A DNA stretch of 64,000 bases from Methylococcaceae bacterium UBA2780. Its GTDB lineage: Bacteria; Pseudomonadota; Gammaproteobacteria; Methylococcales; UBA2780. The first letter of the stretch is position 1, and the number at the start of each line of letters is the position of its first letter. Positions 21,969 to 31,701 of the stretch are shown here, in pieces. The notes under the pieces are model-generated. The model was not told the DNA's origin. It worked only from the letters and a program-made list of their open reading frames with translations, and did not search any database. Made by a program: the position numbers and the translations under genes. The stretch covers positions 13,028-77,027 of the forward strand of contig DEIG01000001.1 in the NCBI GenBank assembly GCA_002352345.1, given 5' to 3'.

Positions 21969-23063
21969 CTAATCTAAATTAACTAATACTTTTCCATTGC
22001 GTACAAAACTGGGCTTTACCACCTGAGCTGCTTTCAGTTTGCCTCGAATATCGACTTCACAGCGGTCTCCCGTTCCGGCAGGGACTCTTGCCAAAGCGAT
22101 GGAGCGGTTCATGGTTGGAGAAAAACCGCCACTACTAATTTCCCCTTCACCGCCCCCTTCTACAACTATTTTCTGATGGTTTCTCAGAACCCCTTTATCT
22201 TCGAGAACCAAACCAACAAATTTCGCAATATTCCCTTTCTCATTTTGAGCAATCAAAGCTGCACGGCCAATAAAATCACGATCTGAAGGTTCTAAAGCAA
22301 CAGTCCAAGTTAGCCCAGACTCAAGTGGCGTAAAATTTTCATCCATATCAGAACCATATAGATTCATTCCCGCTTCCAACCGCAATGTATCACGTGCAGC
22401 CAAACCACATGGAGTAACGCCCTTTGCAGCCAAAGCCCGCCAAAAAGTGACCGCTTCAGCACCCGGCATAATCAGCTCATAGCCCTCTTCACCCGTATAA
22501 CCCGTTCTAGCCACAAACCAATCACCCGCCCAAGCAGCCTGAAACGGGGCGAGTTTTTTAGCTCTAGCATCAAGTCCTCTATGCAATAGCTCTTCGGCCA
22601 CTTCACGTGCTTTTGGCCCCTGCACGGCGATCATCGCCAACTCAGGGCGCTCTCTTACTTCGACAGAATAGCTCTCCGCCTGTCTCTCAATCCAAGCCAA
22701 ATCTTTCTCGCGGGTACCGGCGTTCACCACCAACCGATACTTTTCATCGCCCATCAAATAGACAATCAAATCATCAATAATGCCACCCTGCTCGTTCAGC
22801 ATACAGCTATAAAGCGCTTTCCCTTTTAGCGTTAATTTGTCGACATTGTTTGCGAGAAGGTTTTTTAAAAAATCCCGAACATTTTCACCACGAAGGTCAA
22901 TGATCGTCATATGCGAGACATCAAACATCCCTGCACCATCACGTACTGCATTGTGCTCATCCACCTGCGAGCCGTAACGAAGCGGCATATCCCAACCACC
23001 AAAGTCGACCATTTTCGCACCCATTTCACGGTGTACTAAATTTAATACTGTCTCTTGCAACAT
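21969..23063 (-). CDS. gcvT: Aminomethyltransferase (glycine cleavage T protein)
   Basis: [22 protein letters not shown]... I prefer the ATG at 23063, which is preceded by GGGAG, to the track start at 23111, which would run toward the riboswitch terminator. Confidence 0.95.
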   Translation of the reverse strand: MLQETVLNLVHREMGAKMVDFGGWDMPLRYGSQVDEHNAVRDGAGMFDVSHMTIIDLRGENVRDFLKNLLANNVDKLTLKGKALYSCMLNEQGGIIDDLIVYLMGDEKYRLVVNAGTREKDLAWIERQAESYSVEVRERPELAMIAVQGPKAREVAEELLHRGLDARAKKLAPFQAAWAGDWFVARTGYTGEEGYELIMPGAEAVTFWRALAAKGVTPCGLAARDTLRLEAGMNLYGSDMDENFTPLESGLTWTVALEPSDRDFIGRAALIAQNEKGNIAKFVGLVLEDKGVLRNHQKIVVEGGGEGEISSGGFSPTMNRSIALARVPAGTGDRCEVDIRGKLKAAQVVKPSFVRNGKVLVNLD

Positions 23064-23121
23064 GCTCGATTCACTCCCAAAAACATTGCCTAAACAAACG
23101 ATGCGCCGCAAATTTTAGGCA

Positions 23122-23157
23122 TAAAAAAGGCGGCACAGAACGCTGTCCTGTGCCGCC
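23122..23157 (-). terminator. Intrinsic terminator forming the expression platform of the glycine riboswitch
   Basis: Minus strand reads GGCGGCACAG-GACAGCGTT-CTGTGCCGCC followed by TTTTTTAT, immediately 3' of aptamer 2. Confidence 0.8.
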
Positions 23158-23336
23158 CCTCTGTCCAAAACCTGAAAGTTTCACAATCGCCACTCCCTCA
23201 GCGCCTGCTTACATCTTCGGTGGGCTAATCATAGCCGCTCTCCAGAGTCGATATGGCCTCTATGGTCCGTTTGCCTGAGCGATTCCGGGCGGATTTGCGT
23301 CTTCGGCGCCGGATGGATCCGGGCTCTCCCAACGAG
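23158..23336 (-). promoter_or_regulatory. Tandem glycine riboswitch (two aptamers) in the gcvT leader
   Basis: Aptamer 1 on the minus strand: GGGAGAGCCCGGAUCCAUCCGGCGCCGAAGACGCAA...CGCUCAGGCAAACGGACC. Aptamer 2: CUCUGGAGAGCGGCUAUGAUUAGCCCACCGAAGAUGUAAGC...CUUUCAGGUUUUGGACAGAGG. Both match the conserved GGAGAG / (C/G)ACCGAAG..CAA / CUCAGGCAAAAGGAC cores. Confidence 0.9.
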
Positions 23337-23496
23337 GTGTTATCGAGCTGCTCATTGTACAGATGAGCAGCCTTTTTTCCAAACCGTAGGATAATGACTA
23401 CAATGCTATCATCACCTAACCACAATACTTAAATAACCTTATCGTTTACAGTGCTTTATACAGATCATCCTTCCTGAGTAAAAATTAAAAAACAAG

Positions 23497-24678
23497 ATGA
23501 CAAACTACATCATAGGCCGGCAACCCATATTAGGACGGGATCTTCAGGTTCATGCTTACGAATTGCTTTATCGTAACGGCCCTCTCAGTGGCATGGATGG
23601 CACAGCAGCAACCCAGCAAATCATCACCGACCTCCTTCTTGAGCAAGGACTTTCTGAAACAGTTGGCACACATAAGGCATTTATCAACCTAACGCGCGAG
23701 AACCTCCTTAACCCAATTCTTGAAGCACTCCCTAAGGAGCAGGTTGTTCTCGAAATTTTGGAAGATGTTGCCATTGACGATCAGCTCATTGCGGCAGTCA
23801 AGTCCCTTTCTACGCAAGGCTATACCATAGCCCTCGATGATTTCGTTTTCTCCCCCGAATGGGAACCTCTTATAGAACTGGCCAACATCATCAAACTCGA
23901 CCTGCGCGTTCAAACAAGAGAACAAAACAGCGAACTGATAAAGCGGCTCAAATCAAGAAACGTAGAGCTACTGGCTGAAAAGGTTGAATCCTACGAAGAG
24001 TATGAATTCTTTCTCAACCTCGGATGCGACTACTTTCAGGGCTTTTTCTTTTGCGAGCCCTCTTTGGTCAAAGGCACTAAATTAAACAGCAACCAAAGTG
24101 CGACACTCAGACTGCTTTCGGAAATCAACAACCCCGACGTATTGGCAGATGATATTGCCGCAGTCATACAACAGGATGTGGGACTTTCTCACAAACTGCT
24201 TAAGTACATTAACTCGGCTTTTTTCTCTCTTTCCCAAAAAATCGAATCGATCAAACATGCCATCGTGCTTTTAGGCCTAGATGAAGTTAAACGCTGGGCG
24301 ACGCTAATTGCCATTAGTGATATTTCTGACAAACCGGATCAGCTCCTACACCTCTCCCTGCAAAGGGCAAAAATGAGCGAGCTCTTGGCTGCTTACAGTG
24401 GCGAGAAAGATACGAGTCCCTATTTCCTGATCGGCCTCTTTTCAACGCTCGATGCACTGCTCGATCTTCCAATGGAAGAGGTATTGGAAAAATTGAATCT
24501 CTCAGAGCAGGCAACCGAAGCACTCATATCTCGAGAGGGAAAAGCGGGGATATTCCTTAAAAATATCATCTATTATCAGAAGTGGGAGCTTGAAGAGGTC
24601 GAGTTTGACCTCGATAAAATGAGTGCCATTTTTCACGAGAGTCTCAAGTGGGAAAGGGAACTCCTCTCTAACCTTTAG
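23497..24678 (+). CDS. EAL plus HDOD domain protein (putative c-di-GMP phosphodiesterase/sensor)
   Basis: RQPILGRDLQVHAYELLYR, FINLT, LEILED, ALDDF, IKLD, AEKVE and QGFFF carry the EAL catalytic residues. The C-terminal half has HDOD-like LLKYINSAFF...LLGLDEVKRWA. Confidence 0.8.
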   Translation: MTNYIIGRQPILGRDLQVHAYELLYRNGPLSGMDGTAATQQIITDLLLEQGLSETVGTHKAFINLTRENLLNPILEALPKEQVVLEILEDVAIDDQLIAAVKSLSTQGYTIALDDFVFSPEWEPLIELANIIKLDLRVQTREQNSELIKRLKSRNVELLAEKVESYEEYEFFLNLGCDYFQGFFFCEPSLVKGTKLNSNQSATLRLLSEINNPDVLADDIAAVIQQDVGLSHKLLKYINSAFFSLSQKIESIKHAIVLLGLDEVKRWATLIAISDISDKPDQLLHLSLQRAKMSELLAAYSGEKDTSPYFLIGLFSTLDALLDLPMEEVLEKLNLSEQATEALISREGKAGIFLKNIIYYQKWELEEVEFDLDKMSAIFHESLKWERELLSNL

Positions 24679-26612
24679 GAATACTCTAGCAACAAGTTCC
24701 CAACAATATCCACCTCACACTCCCAGCCTGGAGCAATATAGGTTGTCGCCACTTTTTCAGTAATAATTGCCGGCCCCTTTACCCGTTCTCCGAAAAGCAT
24801 TCCCCCCCTGCTGTAAACAGCCTGCTGGCCTTCTGTCGCCACTAAAGAGGTGCTTTTCCCCTCTTTAAGTTTCGCCAGTTTAGGCTGCGGCATCTCACCG
24901 GAGACAGCCAAGCGAAGATTAACCAGCTCAATTGGTAACTCCAGTGAATGGCCATACCTCGACCGGTGTAGCTCATGAAACGTTAGCTGAATCTGCTCTA
25001 ACGATTCAGCTAAAACCTTCAGCGTATAAGATTGTCCCAAATAACGCAGATCCATTGCCCGTTCCAGCCTGACCCCTTCCTCATCAACCCCTTCTGCCAT
25101 AAGCGCCGCCCGCCCTTCTTGCTCCATCTTTGCATATAAGGATTCGATTTTTGCCGGCTCAATCCCTTCCAGCAGGCCAGTTAGGGTGTGCGACAACTGC
25201 CTTGAGCGAGGTGCAGCCAACATGCCGAATGCTGACAGAACACCACCATGTACAGGAACAATCGCAGAACTCATCTCTAAAGCCTCTGCTAACGCACAAA
25301 CATGCAATCCACCTGCTCCACCAAAGGAGGCGAGTCTAAATTGGCCCGGATCGACGCCTCGTTGAATTGAGATAACTCTCAGCGCTCGCGCCATATGCTC
25401 ATTGGCAATTTCGATAATCCCCTCTGCTGCCTCCTTGACGCTATAACCCAACTCATCAGCAACTCCACCAACCGCGTCATAAGCTGCCTTCTTATCCAAG
25501 GCCATTCCGCCACCAAGAAAGTTCTCAGGAAACAAGCGCCCTAACACCACATTGGCATCGGTTACCGTTGCTTTTTTACCCCCTTGTCCATAGCAAGCAG
25601 GCCCTGGAGATGCACCCGCAGACTCAGGGCCAACACACAACAGGCCGCCATCATCAATTTTAGCTATTGACCCACCACCCGCACCGATAGTGTGCATGTC
25701 GACCATCGGAACTGCCACGGGATATCCTGCGATGTTACCTTCGTTGGTCAACGGAACAGCCGCATCGAGCAATGCTACATCGGTAGAAGTTCCACCCATG
25801 TCGAAAGTTAACAGCCGGTTATAACCGGCTAATTCACCAACTCTTAGCGCTCCAACCAGCCCACCTGCCGGCCCAGACAGCAACATATTGACCGCCTGCT
25901 GTCCCGCTTGGTCAGCCTTTATCGTTCCGCCTGAACTTTGCATAACGGAAAGCGATTCCGCATCGACGCCATCGCAAAGCCTTGCCAGATAACCCTTCAC
26001 TAAAGGCCCTACATAACTATTTAGCCAAGTGGCAATTCCTCGCTCGTATTCTTTATATTCAGGCAACACCAGCGATGAACGACTCACAAAAAGTCCTTTC
26101 GGTAGAGCCGCCTCTATCGCCTTTTCTGCACGATCATCTAAAAAAGAGAAAAGTAGGTTTACTGCAATCGCGTCGGGGCTTAGCTGCTCGACTTGAGTGC
26201 AAATCGTCTCTAAATCTTCTTCCGTTAAAGGGTCAAGTTGTTCACCTTTTGCAGACAGCCTTCCACCTGTCTCTATGCATAGCTGTTCTGAAACCGGTGG
26301 AATTACCGGTTCCGGCGTTAAGTTATACAGCTCTTTTCGGGCCTGCCGACCGATCGTCAGAAGGTCTTTGAAACCTCGGTTGGTGATAAAAAGTGTTCGC
26401 ACACCTTTCCCTTCCAGAAGGGCATTCGTCGCGACAGTTGAACCATGCACTACGCGCAGTGTTTCATCAGCAACCCCCAACTCCTCAATCCCTTGCAAAA
26501 TCGCCTTCTCTGGTGCATCAGGCGTTGAAAGAACTTTATGAACACGTAATCGCTCACCATCCAACAAAACGAAGTCGGTAAACGTTCCACCCGTATCAAC
26601 ACCCAAAAGCAT
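24675..26612 (-). CDS. Hydantoinase/oxoprolinase (HyuA-type) family protein
   Basis: MLLGVDTGGTFTDFV...FDMGGTSTD... motifs of the ASKHA-type hydantoinase A family. No HyuB partner is present in the window. Confidence 0.8.
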   Translation of the reverse strand: MLLGVDTGGTFTDFVLLDGERLRVHKVLSTPDAPEKAILQGIEELGVADETLRVVHGSTVATNALLEGKGVRTLFITNRGFKDLLTIGRQARKELYNLTPEPVIPPVSEQLCIETGGRLSAKGEQLDPLTEEDLETICTQVEQLSPDAIAVNLLFSFLDDRAEKAIEAALPKGLFVSRSSLVLPEYKEYERGIATWLNSYVGPLVKGYLARLCDGVDAESLSVMQSSGGTIKADQAGQQAVNMLLSGPAGGLVGALRVGELAGYNRLLTFDMGGTSTDVALLDAAVPLTNEGNIAGYPVAVPMVDMHTIGAGGGSIAKIDDGGLLCVGPESAGASPGPACYGQGGKKATVTDANVVLGRLFPENFLGGGMALDKKAAYDAVGGVADELGYSVKEAAEGIIEIANEHMARALRVISIQRGVDPGQFRLASFGGAGGLHVCALAEALEMSSAIVPVHGGVLSAFGMLAAPRSRQLSHTLTGLLEGIEPAKIESLYAKMEQEGRAALMAEGVDEEGVRLERAMDLRYLGQSYTLKVLAESLEQIQLTFHELHRSRYGHSLELPIELVNLRLAVSGEMPQPKLAKLKEGKSTSLVATEGQQAVYSRGGMLFGERVKGPAIITEKVATTYIAPGWECEVDIVGNLLLEYS

Positions 26613-26683
26613 CTTTTTTCCTGTCTCAAAACGTCAAAATGTATCACAATGGCAAAAACTGTACAGATAGCATCTTTAATAAT

Positions 26684-27304
26684 ATGAGCAATATCTCTAT
26701 TCAAAACCAAACCATCGCCCTTGCCGCGCTCCATCAGGCCGTCGCACTTGTCCAGGAGATCGCCACACAAGGGATAGCCAAACAAGATGAGCTGGAAACT
26801 TGCCTTGGTTCGATTCTAAAAATTGACTCTTCAGGTGTTACTGATATTTATGGCTCGGTAGACAATCTTCGTCTCGGTCTAAAAAAATTAGAGCAGCAAT
26901 TCTCAGGGCGAAATAATCTTGACCCAATGCTGATGCGCTATACAACAGCATTGATTTACCTTGAGGCTGAGCTTTCCAAAAACCCAAAAATGCAAAAAAC
27001 CATCACCGCAGGCATTGAAAAGACAATATCTCAAACAGAGATGTTTCCGCTGTTGCATGAAAACGTCATCGCAAGTCTGGGTGATATTTATGAACAGACA
27101 ATAAGCACACTTCAGCCTCGTGTAATTGTTAACGGCGAAGAGGTTTATCTCACGACGCCCAATAATAAAAATAAAATACGCGCGCTCTTGCTTTCTGGAG
27201 TACGGGCAGTTCTTCTCTGGCGCCAATGCGGAGGGAGCCGATGGAGAATTATTTTCCAGCGCAAAAAAATCGTAAGCACCTGTCAACAGCTCCTCAGCCG
27301 TTAA
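26684..27304 (+). CDS. hflD: High frequency of lysogenization protein HflD homologue
   Basis: MSNISIQNQTIALAALHQAVALVQEIA... resembles the HflD N-terminus. I prefer the ATG at 26684. Confidence 0.7.
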   Translation: MSNISIQNQTIALAALHQAVALVQEIATQGIAKQDELETCLGSILKIDSSGVTDIYGSVDNLRLGLKKLEQQFSGRNNLDPMLMRYTTALIYLEAELSKNPKMQKTITAGIEKTISQTEMFPLLHENVIASLGDIYEQTISTLQPRVIVNGEEVYLTTPNNKNKIRALLLSGVRAVLLWRQCGGSRWRIIFQRKKIVSTCQQLLSR

Positions 27305-27316
27305 ACCGCCTCGACA

Positions 27317-28243
27317 ATGAGCAATCTCATCGATGCCGAGCAACTCACCCGCTATTACGGTGACAACTGCGCTGTAAATCAGGTTAGCTTCTCCCTTAAA
27401 AAGGGCGAAATTCTAGGCTTTCTTGGCCCGAATGGCGCCGGAAAATCAACTACGATGCAGATGCTCTGCGGGAATCTCGCCCCCTCAGATGGCGCAATCA
27501 GCATCAATGGAATTGATCTGCTAGAGCGGCCTAAAGAGGCGAAAGCAGAGCTGGGCTATCTGCCAGAAACACCTCCTGTCTATCGAGAGTTAACGGTCAA
27601 TGAATACCTAGATTACTGCGGAAAACTCCATGGACTTAAACGGGCAGCCCTACAAAAAGCGACCCTTTTCGCAAAAGAGCGCTGCGGGCTAATCGACGTA
27701 GCGGATCGACTTATTGGCAATCTCTCCAAAGGTTTTCAACAGCGAACAGGGATTGCTCAAGCAATCCTCCATAGCCCAGCCATTATTGTCCTCGATGAGC
27801 CCACGGTTGGACTTGACCCAATTCAAATTCGGGAGATCCGCTCCCTGATTCGTGATCTTGGCAACGAGCACGGCATTATTCTTTCCACACATATCCTGCC
27901 TGAGGTTGAAGAATCCTGCACACATGTACAGATTATTCACCAGGGAAAGCTGGTTTTGAATGATGACATTGCCAGCCTCAAGAGTCAGATGGTTGCGAGC
28001 AGCCTCACCCTAACAACCACAAAAGCCATTGAACCGGAACTGTTGCAAGCTATTGACGGAGTCAATTCGATTGAAACAATAAAAGATTGTCGCTATCGCA
28101 TCCATTTCTATAAGCAGCAAAACCCTGCCGAACAATTGGCTGAGAAAATAATCCAATCAGGCTATGGGTTGAAAGAGTTAACACCCGAGCATCGCTCAAT
28201 GGAGGCACTTTTTGTCGAAATCACCAATGAGGCGGGCAAATGA
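27317..28243 (+). CDS. ABC transporter ATP-binding protein (ABC-2/GldA-like)
   Basis: Walker A GPNGAGKST, signature LSKGFQQR, Walker B IIVLDEP. Confidence 0.9.
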   Translation: MSNLIDAEQLTRYYGDNCAVNQVSFSLKKGEILGFLGPNGAGKSTTMQMLCGNLAPSDGAISINGIDLLERPKEAKAELGYLPETPPVYRELTVNEYLDYCGKLHGLKRAALQKATLFAKERCGLIDVADRLIGNLSKGFQQRTGIAQAILHSPAIIVLDEPTVGLDPIQIREIRSLIRDLGNEHGIILSTHILPEVEESCTHVQIIHQGKLVLNDDIASLKSQMVASSLTLTTTKAIEPELLQAIDGVNSIETIKDCRYRIHFYKQQNPAEQLAEKIIQSGYGLKELTPEHRSMEALFVEITNEAGK

Positions 28244-28995
28244 AAGTAACCACCATTGCAGGCCGTGAGCTACGTAGCCTTTTCCTCTCGCCTCTCGCCT
28301 GGACGATTCTTGGCGTCACGCAGCTGATCCTAGCCTATCTTTTTCTTTCTCAAATCGATTATTATCTAACGATTCAACCTAAAATTGCCGGTATCGAAGG
28401 AGCTCCAGGTGTCACCGATCTCGTTATTGCTCCGCTCTTTGCTAATGCAGCGGTCATCCTCCTACTGATCACCCCGCTTCTAACGATGCGTTTAATCAGC
28501 GAGGAGCGACGCAACCAAACCCTCAGCCTGCTCTTTTCAGCACCGCTCTCAATGGCCGAAATTATCCTCGGAAAATATCTCGGCATTATGGCGTTTATGC
28601 TGATAATGATTGGGCTAATTGTGCTGATGCCACTTTCACTCATGGCTGGCGCAACACTCGACTATGGCAAATTAGCTTCAGGCGTTATTGCTTTAGTGCT
28701 CCTAATGGGCGCTTTCTCGGCGGTCGGCCTCTATATGTCAGCGGTTGCCAGCCAACCTACCGTTGCCGCAATTGGAAGTTTTGGGCTACTGCTTTTACTT
28801 TGGATTCTAGACTGGGCAGGAAGCAATTCTGATAAAGGCAGCGAACTGTTTGCCAGCCTCTCTCTACTTCACCACTTTGAAAATCTACTCAAAGGGCTGA
28901 TCCACTCCGCCGACATCGCCTACTACCTGCTCTTTATCATTCTCTTCCTGACACTCACTGTTCGCCGTCTCGATAATGACCGTTTACAAAAATGA
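28240..28995 (+). CDS. ABC-2 type transporter permease (GldF-like)
   Basis: 251 aa with about 6 TM segments; 4-nt overlap with the ATPase gene. Confidence 0.8.
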   Translation: MKVTTIAGRELRSLFLSPLAWTILGVTQLILAYLFLSQIDYYLTIQPKIAGIEGAPGVTDLVIAPLFANAAVILLLITPLLTMRLISEERRNQTLSLLFSAPLSMAEIILGKYLGIMAFMLIMIGLIVLMPLSLMAGATLDYGKLASGVIALVLLMGAFSAVGLYMSAVASQPTVAAIGSFGLLLLLWILDWAGSNSDKGSELFASLSLLHHFENLLKGLIHSADIAYYLLFIILFLTLTVRRLDNDRLQK

Positions 28996-30368
28996 GAATT
29001 AATAAAACGCGCCATCGGGCCATTCGCCTACAGAACCAGATCTTCACGATCCTTTTTTTAATCGTTATTGCACTTTTAGGCTGGCTAAGTAACCGCTATA
29101 CCACTCAGTTTGATTGGACTAATGGCGGACGCAATTCTCTTTCAGAGACAAGCCAACGCGTTGTTGAGCAGATGGGTGGAAAAATTAAAATCACCGCCTT
29201 TGCTTTTGAAGACAAAGTGACTCATACGCAAATTAGTGATCTTATCGGGCGCTATCAGCACCATAAAAAAGAGATCAAGCTCACATTCGTTAATCCAGAT
29301 AAACAGCCGGAAAAAGTTCGGCAGCTCGGCATCACCAACAATGGGGAGCTTCTCATAGAATTTAATGGCAAAAGTGAGAAGATTAAGACAGCCACCGAAA
29401 CACTCCTAACCAATGCACTTCAGCGCTTAAACAGAGCTGAAAAACGCTGGGTAGCCTTTCTGACTGGACACGGAGAACGCAACCCATTTGGGCAGGCAAA
29501 TCACGACTTTGAAGCATTTGGGCAGACCTTAGCAAGCAAGGGCATTTCGGTTCAGATCATTAACCTAATCGAAACCGCAGCAGTCCCTGCAAACAGCTCC
29601 TTGCTGGTTATTACCTCTCCTCAAGTCGCGCTACTTGATGGCGAGGTGGCACTTATTGAAGAGTATATAGAACAAGGTGGAAATCTCCTCTGGCTTCAAG
29701 ACCCTGGTGACCTGCAAGGCCTTTACCCACTAGCTGAACAGCTAGGGATTGAGTTTCTACCCGGAACTATTGTTGATGCTTCAACACAGCTACTGGGAAT
29801 AGACGACCCATCATTTGCACTAGTCAGCCGCTACTCTATACATCCCATCACAAAAGAGTTTCAGTCACTAACACTTTTCCCCGTCGCATCAGCAATCGCA
29901 AAAGAAGAGGGTGAATCTGGCTTCCAAGCTCAAGCGATTCTCAGCACGCTTGAGCGCTCATGGACAGAAACCAGTCCACGTGAAGGTGAAATACAATTTG
30001 ACTCTGATAGCGAAGAGACACGTGGCCCTCTTGACCTCGGATTTGCATTAACTCGAACTGTTGGTGAAAAACCAGCGGATGACGATCAGCCCGCAAAAGA
30101 GCAACGCATCATTGTGATTGGAGATGGCGACTTTCTCTCCAATAGCTACATTGGCAACGGCGCCAACCTTGATCTTGGCCTCAATATTGTCCAATGGCTG
30201 AATGAAGATGACCAGCTTCTTAATATTCCAGCCCGAACCGCCCCAGATCTTTCTCTCAATCTCTCCGAAACCAGCTCTGCAATTATCGGCATTGGCTTCC
30301 TGATTGTTCTGCCTGCACTCCTTATTGGAAGTGGTTTCACCATCTGGTTCAAAAGGCGTAGAAGATGA
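28992..30368 (+). CDS. GldG-family ABC-transporter-associated protein
   Basis: 458 aa with N- and C-terminal TM anchors and a large periplasmic domain. Its position after the ABC-2 permease, with a 4-nt overlap, fits the GldG-like architecture. Confidence 0.7.
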   Translation: MRINKTRHRAIRLQNQIFTILFLIVIALLGWLSNRYTTQFDWTNGGRNSLSETSQRVVEQMGGKIKITAFAFEDKVTHTQISDLIGRYQHHKKEIKLTFVNPDKQPEKVRQLGITNNGELLIEFNGKSEKIKTATETLLTNALQRLNRAEKRWVAFLTGHGERNPFGQANHDFEAFGQTLASKGISVQIINLIETAAVPANSSLLVITSPQVALLDGEVALIEEYIEQGGNLLWLQDPGDLQGLYPLAEQLGIEFLPGTIVDASTQLLGIDDPSFALVSRYSIHPITKEFQSLTLFPVASAIAKEEGESGFQAQAILSTLERSWTETSPREGEIQFDSDSEETRGPLDLGFALTRTVGEKPADDDQPAKEQRIIVIGDGDFLSNSYIGNGANLDLGLNIVQWLNEDDQLLNIPARTAPDLSLNLSETSSAIIGIGFLIVLPALLIGSGFTIWFKRRRR

Positions 30369-30880
30369 GATCCCGCCTCATTACCAACCTAGTATTGCTA
30401 GCTATCGTTATCGTATTGATAATGGTGACACTAACCGAGCTAAAGCCTAAAAAAATAGCGCCAGCACCTATCAGTCAACTTAACACCCAAACTGTTTCTA
30501 ACATTGAACTAGCAAGAGTGAGTAAGCCTCTTATCCGTTTTAGCAAGCAGGATGGAATCTGGCATATGGCCTCTCCCCAAAAAGGGTTAGCGAACCCAAT
30601 AAAAATCAAAAAACTACTCGCCATTGCAGAGATTGATTCAAGCTCGCACTTCCCTCTAAATGCCGAAGAGGCAGACCGTTTTGGCTTAAAAAACCCGGCA
30701 ATTACCCTTAAATTAGATCAATTAACAATTGTAGTTGGCACCATTGCCCCCATTAGCCAACAACGTTATCTAGGGATTAATGGAACCCTTTATCTTGTTG
30801 CCGATAATTTCTATCACCACCTTATTGCGCAGCTAGAACAGTACCTCGAACAGCCTATACCAGAAGCCTCTACGCCATAA
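30365..30880 (+). CDS. DUF4340-like membrane-anchored protein
   Basis: N-terminal TM (LITNLVLLAIVIVLIMV), 171 aa, and the usual position after a GldG-like gene; 4-nt overlap. Confidence 0.55.
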   Translation: MRSRLITNLVLLAIVIVLIMVTLTELKPKKIAPAPISQLNTQTVSNIELARVSKPLIRFSKQDGIWHMASPQKGLANPIKIKKLLAIAEIDSSSHFPLNAEEADRFGLKNPAITLKLDQLTIVVGTIAPISQQRYLGINGTLYLVADNFYHHLIAQLEQYLEQPIPEASTP

Positions 30881-31695
30881 TGCCAGAGCTCCCAGAAGTT
30901 GAAACCACTCGACGGGGGATTGAGCCTCACCTGCTCTCTAAGCGCATAAAAAGAGTGATTATTCGCCAGCCAAAACTACGCTGGCCAATCCCTGCTCAAC
31001 TCACAAATAGCCTGTTAAACCAAACGGTAAAAACGATCGGACGACGGGGTAAATATCTCTTAATTGGCTTTCCAAATGGAACGCTGATCGTTCACCTTGG
31101 CATGTCAGGCAGTTTAAGGATTTGCAATCAAAACCGGCCTCACGAAAAGCACGACCACTTCGAATTAATTTTAGACAGTGGCAACAGTCTACGACTGAAA
31201 GACCCAAGACGCTTTGGCGCTGTTCTCTGGACAGAAGAGGCTACTGAGAAACACCCATTACTGGTTAATTTAGGGCCTGAACCATTCAACCCTGCTTTTG
31301 ATGGCTCTTTTTTACATCAGAAAGCACAAGGAAAAAAAGTACCGGTTAAAACCTTCATTATGGACAGTAAAATTGTCACCGGTGTTGGAAACATCTACGC
31401 CAGTGAGGCGCTATTTTTAGCCGGCATTCATCCGAAAAGAGCGGTAGGGAAAATATCACCCAAGAGATTACAGCGACTGGCAGATGCCATTATTGAAATA
31501 CTTCAAAGAGCAATTGAACAAGGCGGTACGACTTTAAAGGATTTTGTAAATGAATCGGGAAAGCCCGGTTATTTTCAGCAACAGCTTGCTGTTTATGGTC
31601 GGTCAGGAGAGCCCTGCCAAAAGTGCACTACTCCGATTAAAAAGATAACGCTAGGCCAGCGATCGACTTTTTATTGTTCAACTTGTCAGCATTGA
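30880..31695 (+). CDS. mutM: Formamidopyrimidine-DNA glycosylase
   Basis: MPELPEVETTRRG N-terminus and a C-terminal zinc finger CQKCTTPI...YCSTCQ. Confidence 0.97.
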   Translation: MPELPEVETTRRGIEPHLLSKRIKRVIIRQPKLRWPIPAQLTNSLLNQTVKTIGRRGKYLLIGFPNGTLIVHLGMSGSLRICNQNRPHEKHDHFELILDSGNSLRLKDPRRFGAVLWTEEATEKHPLLVNLGPEPFNPAFDGSFLHQKAQGKKVPVKTFIMDSKIVTGVGNIYASEALFLAGIHPKRAVGKISPKRLQRLADAIIEILQRAIEQGGTTLKDFVNESGKPGYFQQQLAVYGRSGEPCQKCTTPIKKITLGQRSTFYCSTCQH

Positions 31696-31701
31696 GCTGT
31701 A

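Noticed and set aside
23225-23425. 66-aa ORF (MWLGDDSIVV...RRRRRKSARNRSG...) upstream of gcvT
   Set aside because: It lies entirely over the tandem glycine riboswitch aptamers. The Arg-rich composition is a by-product of translating GC-rich structured RNA, and there is no RBS.
24675-26612. HyuA-type hydantoinase gene without a HyuB partner, considered as a possible novel enzyme system
   Set aside because: Stand-alone hydantoinase/oxoprolinase-family genes are common. Nothing in the neighbouring genes or the sequence supports a specific new function.
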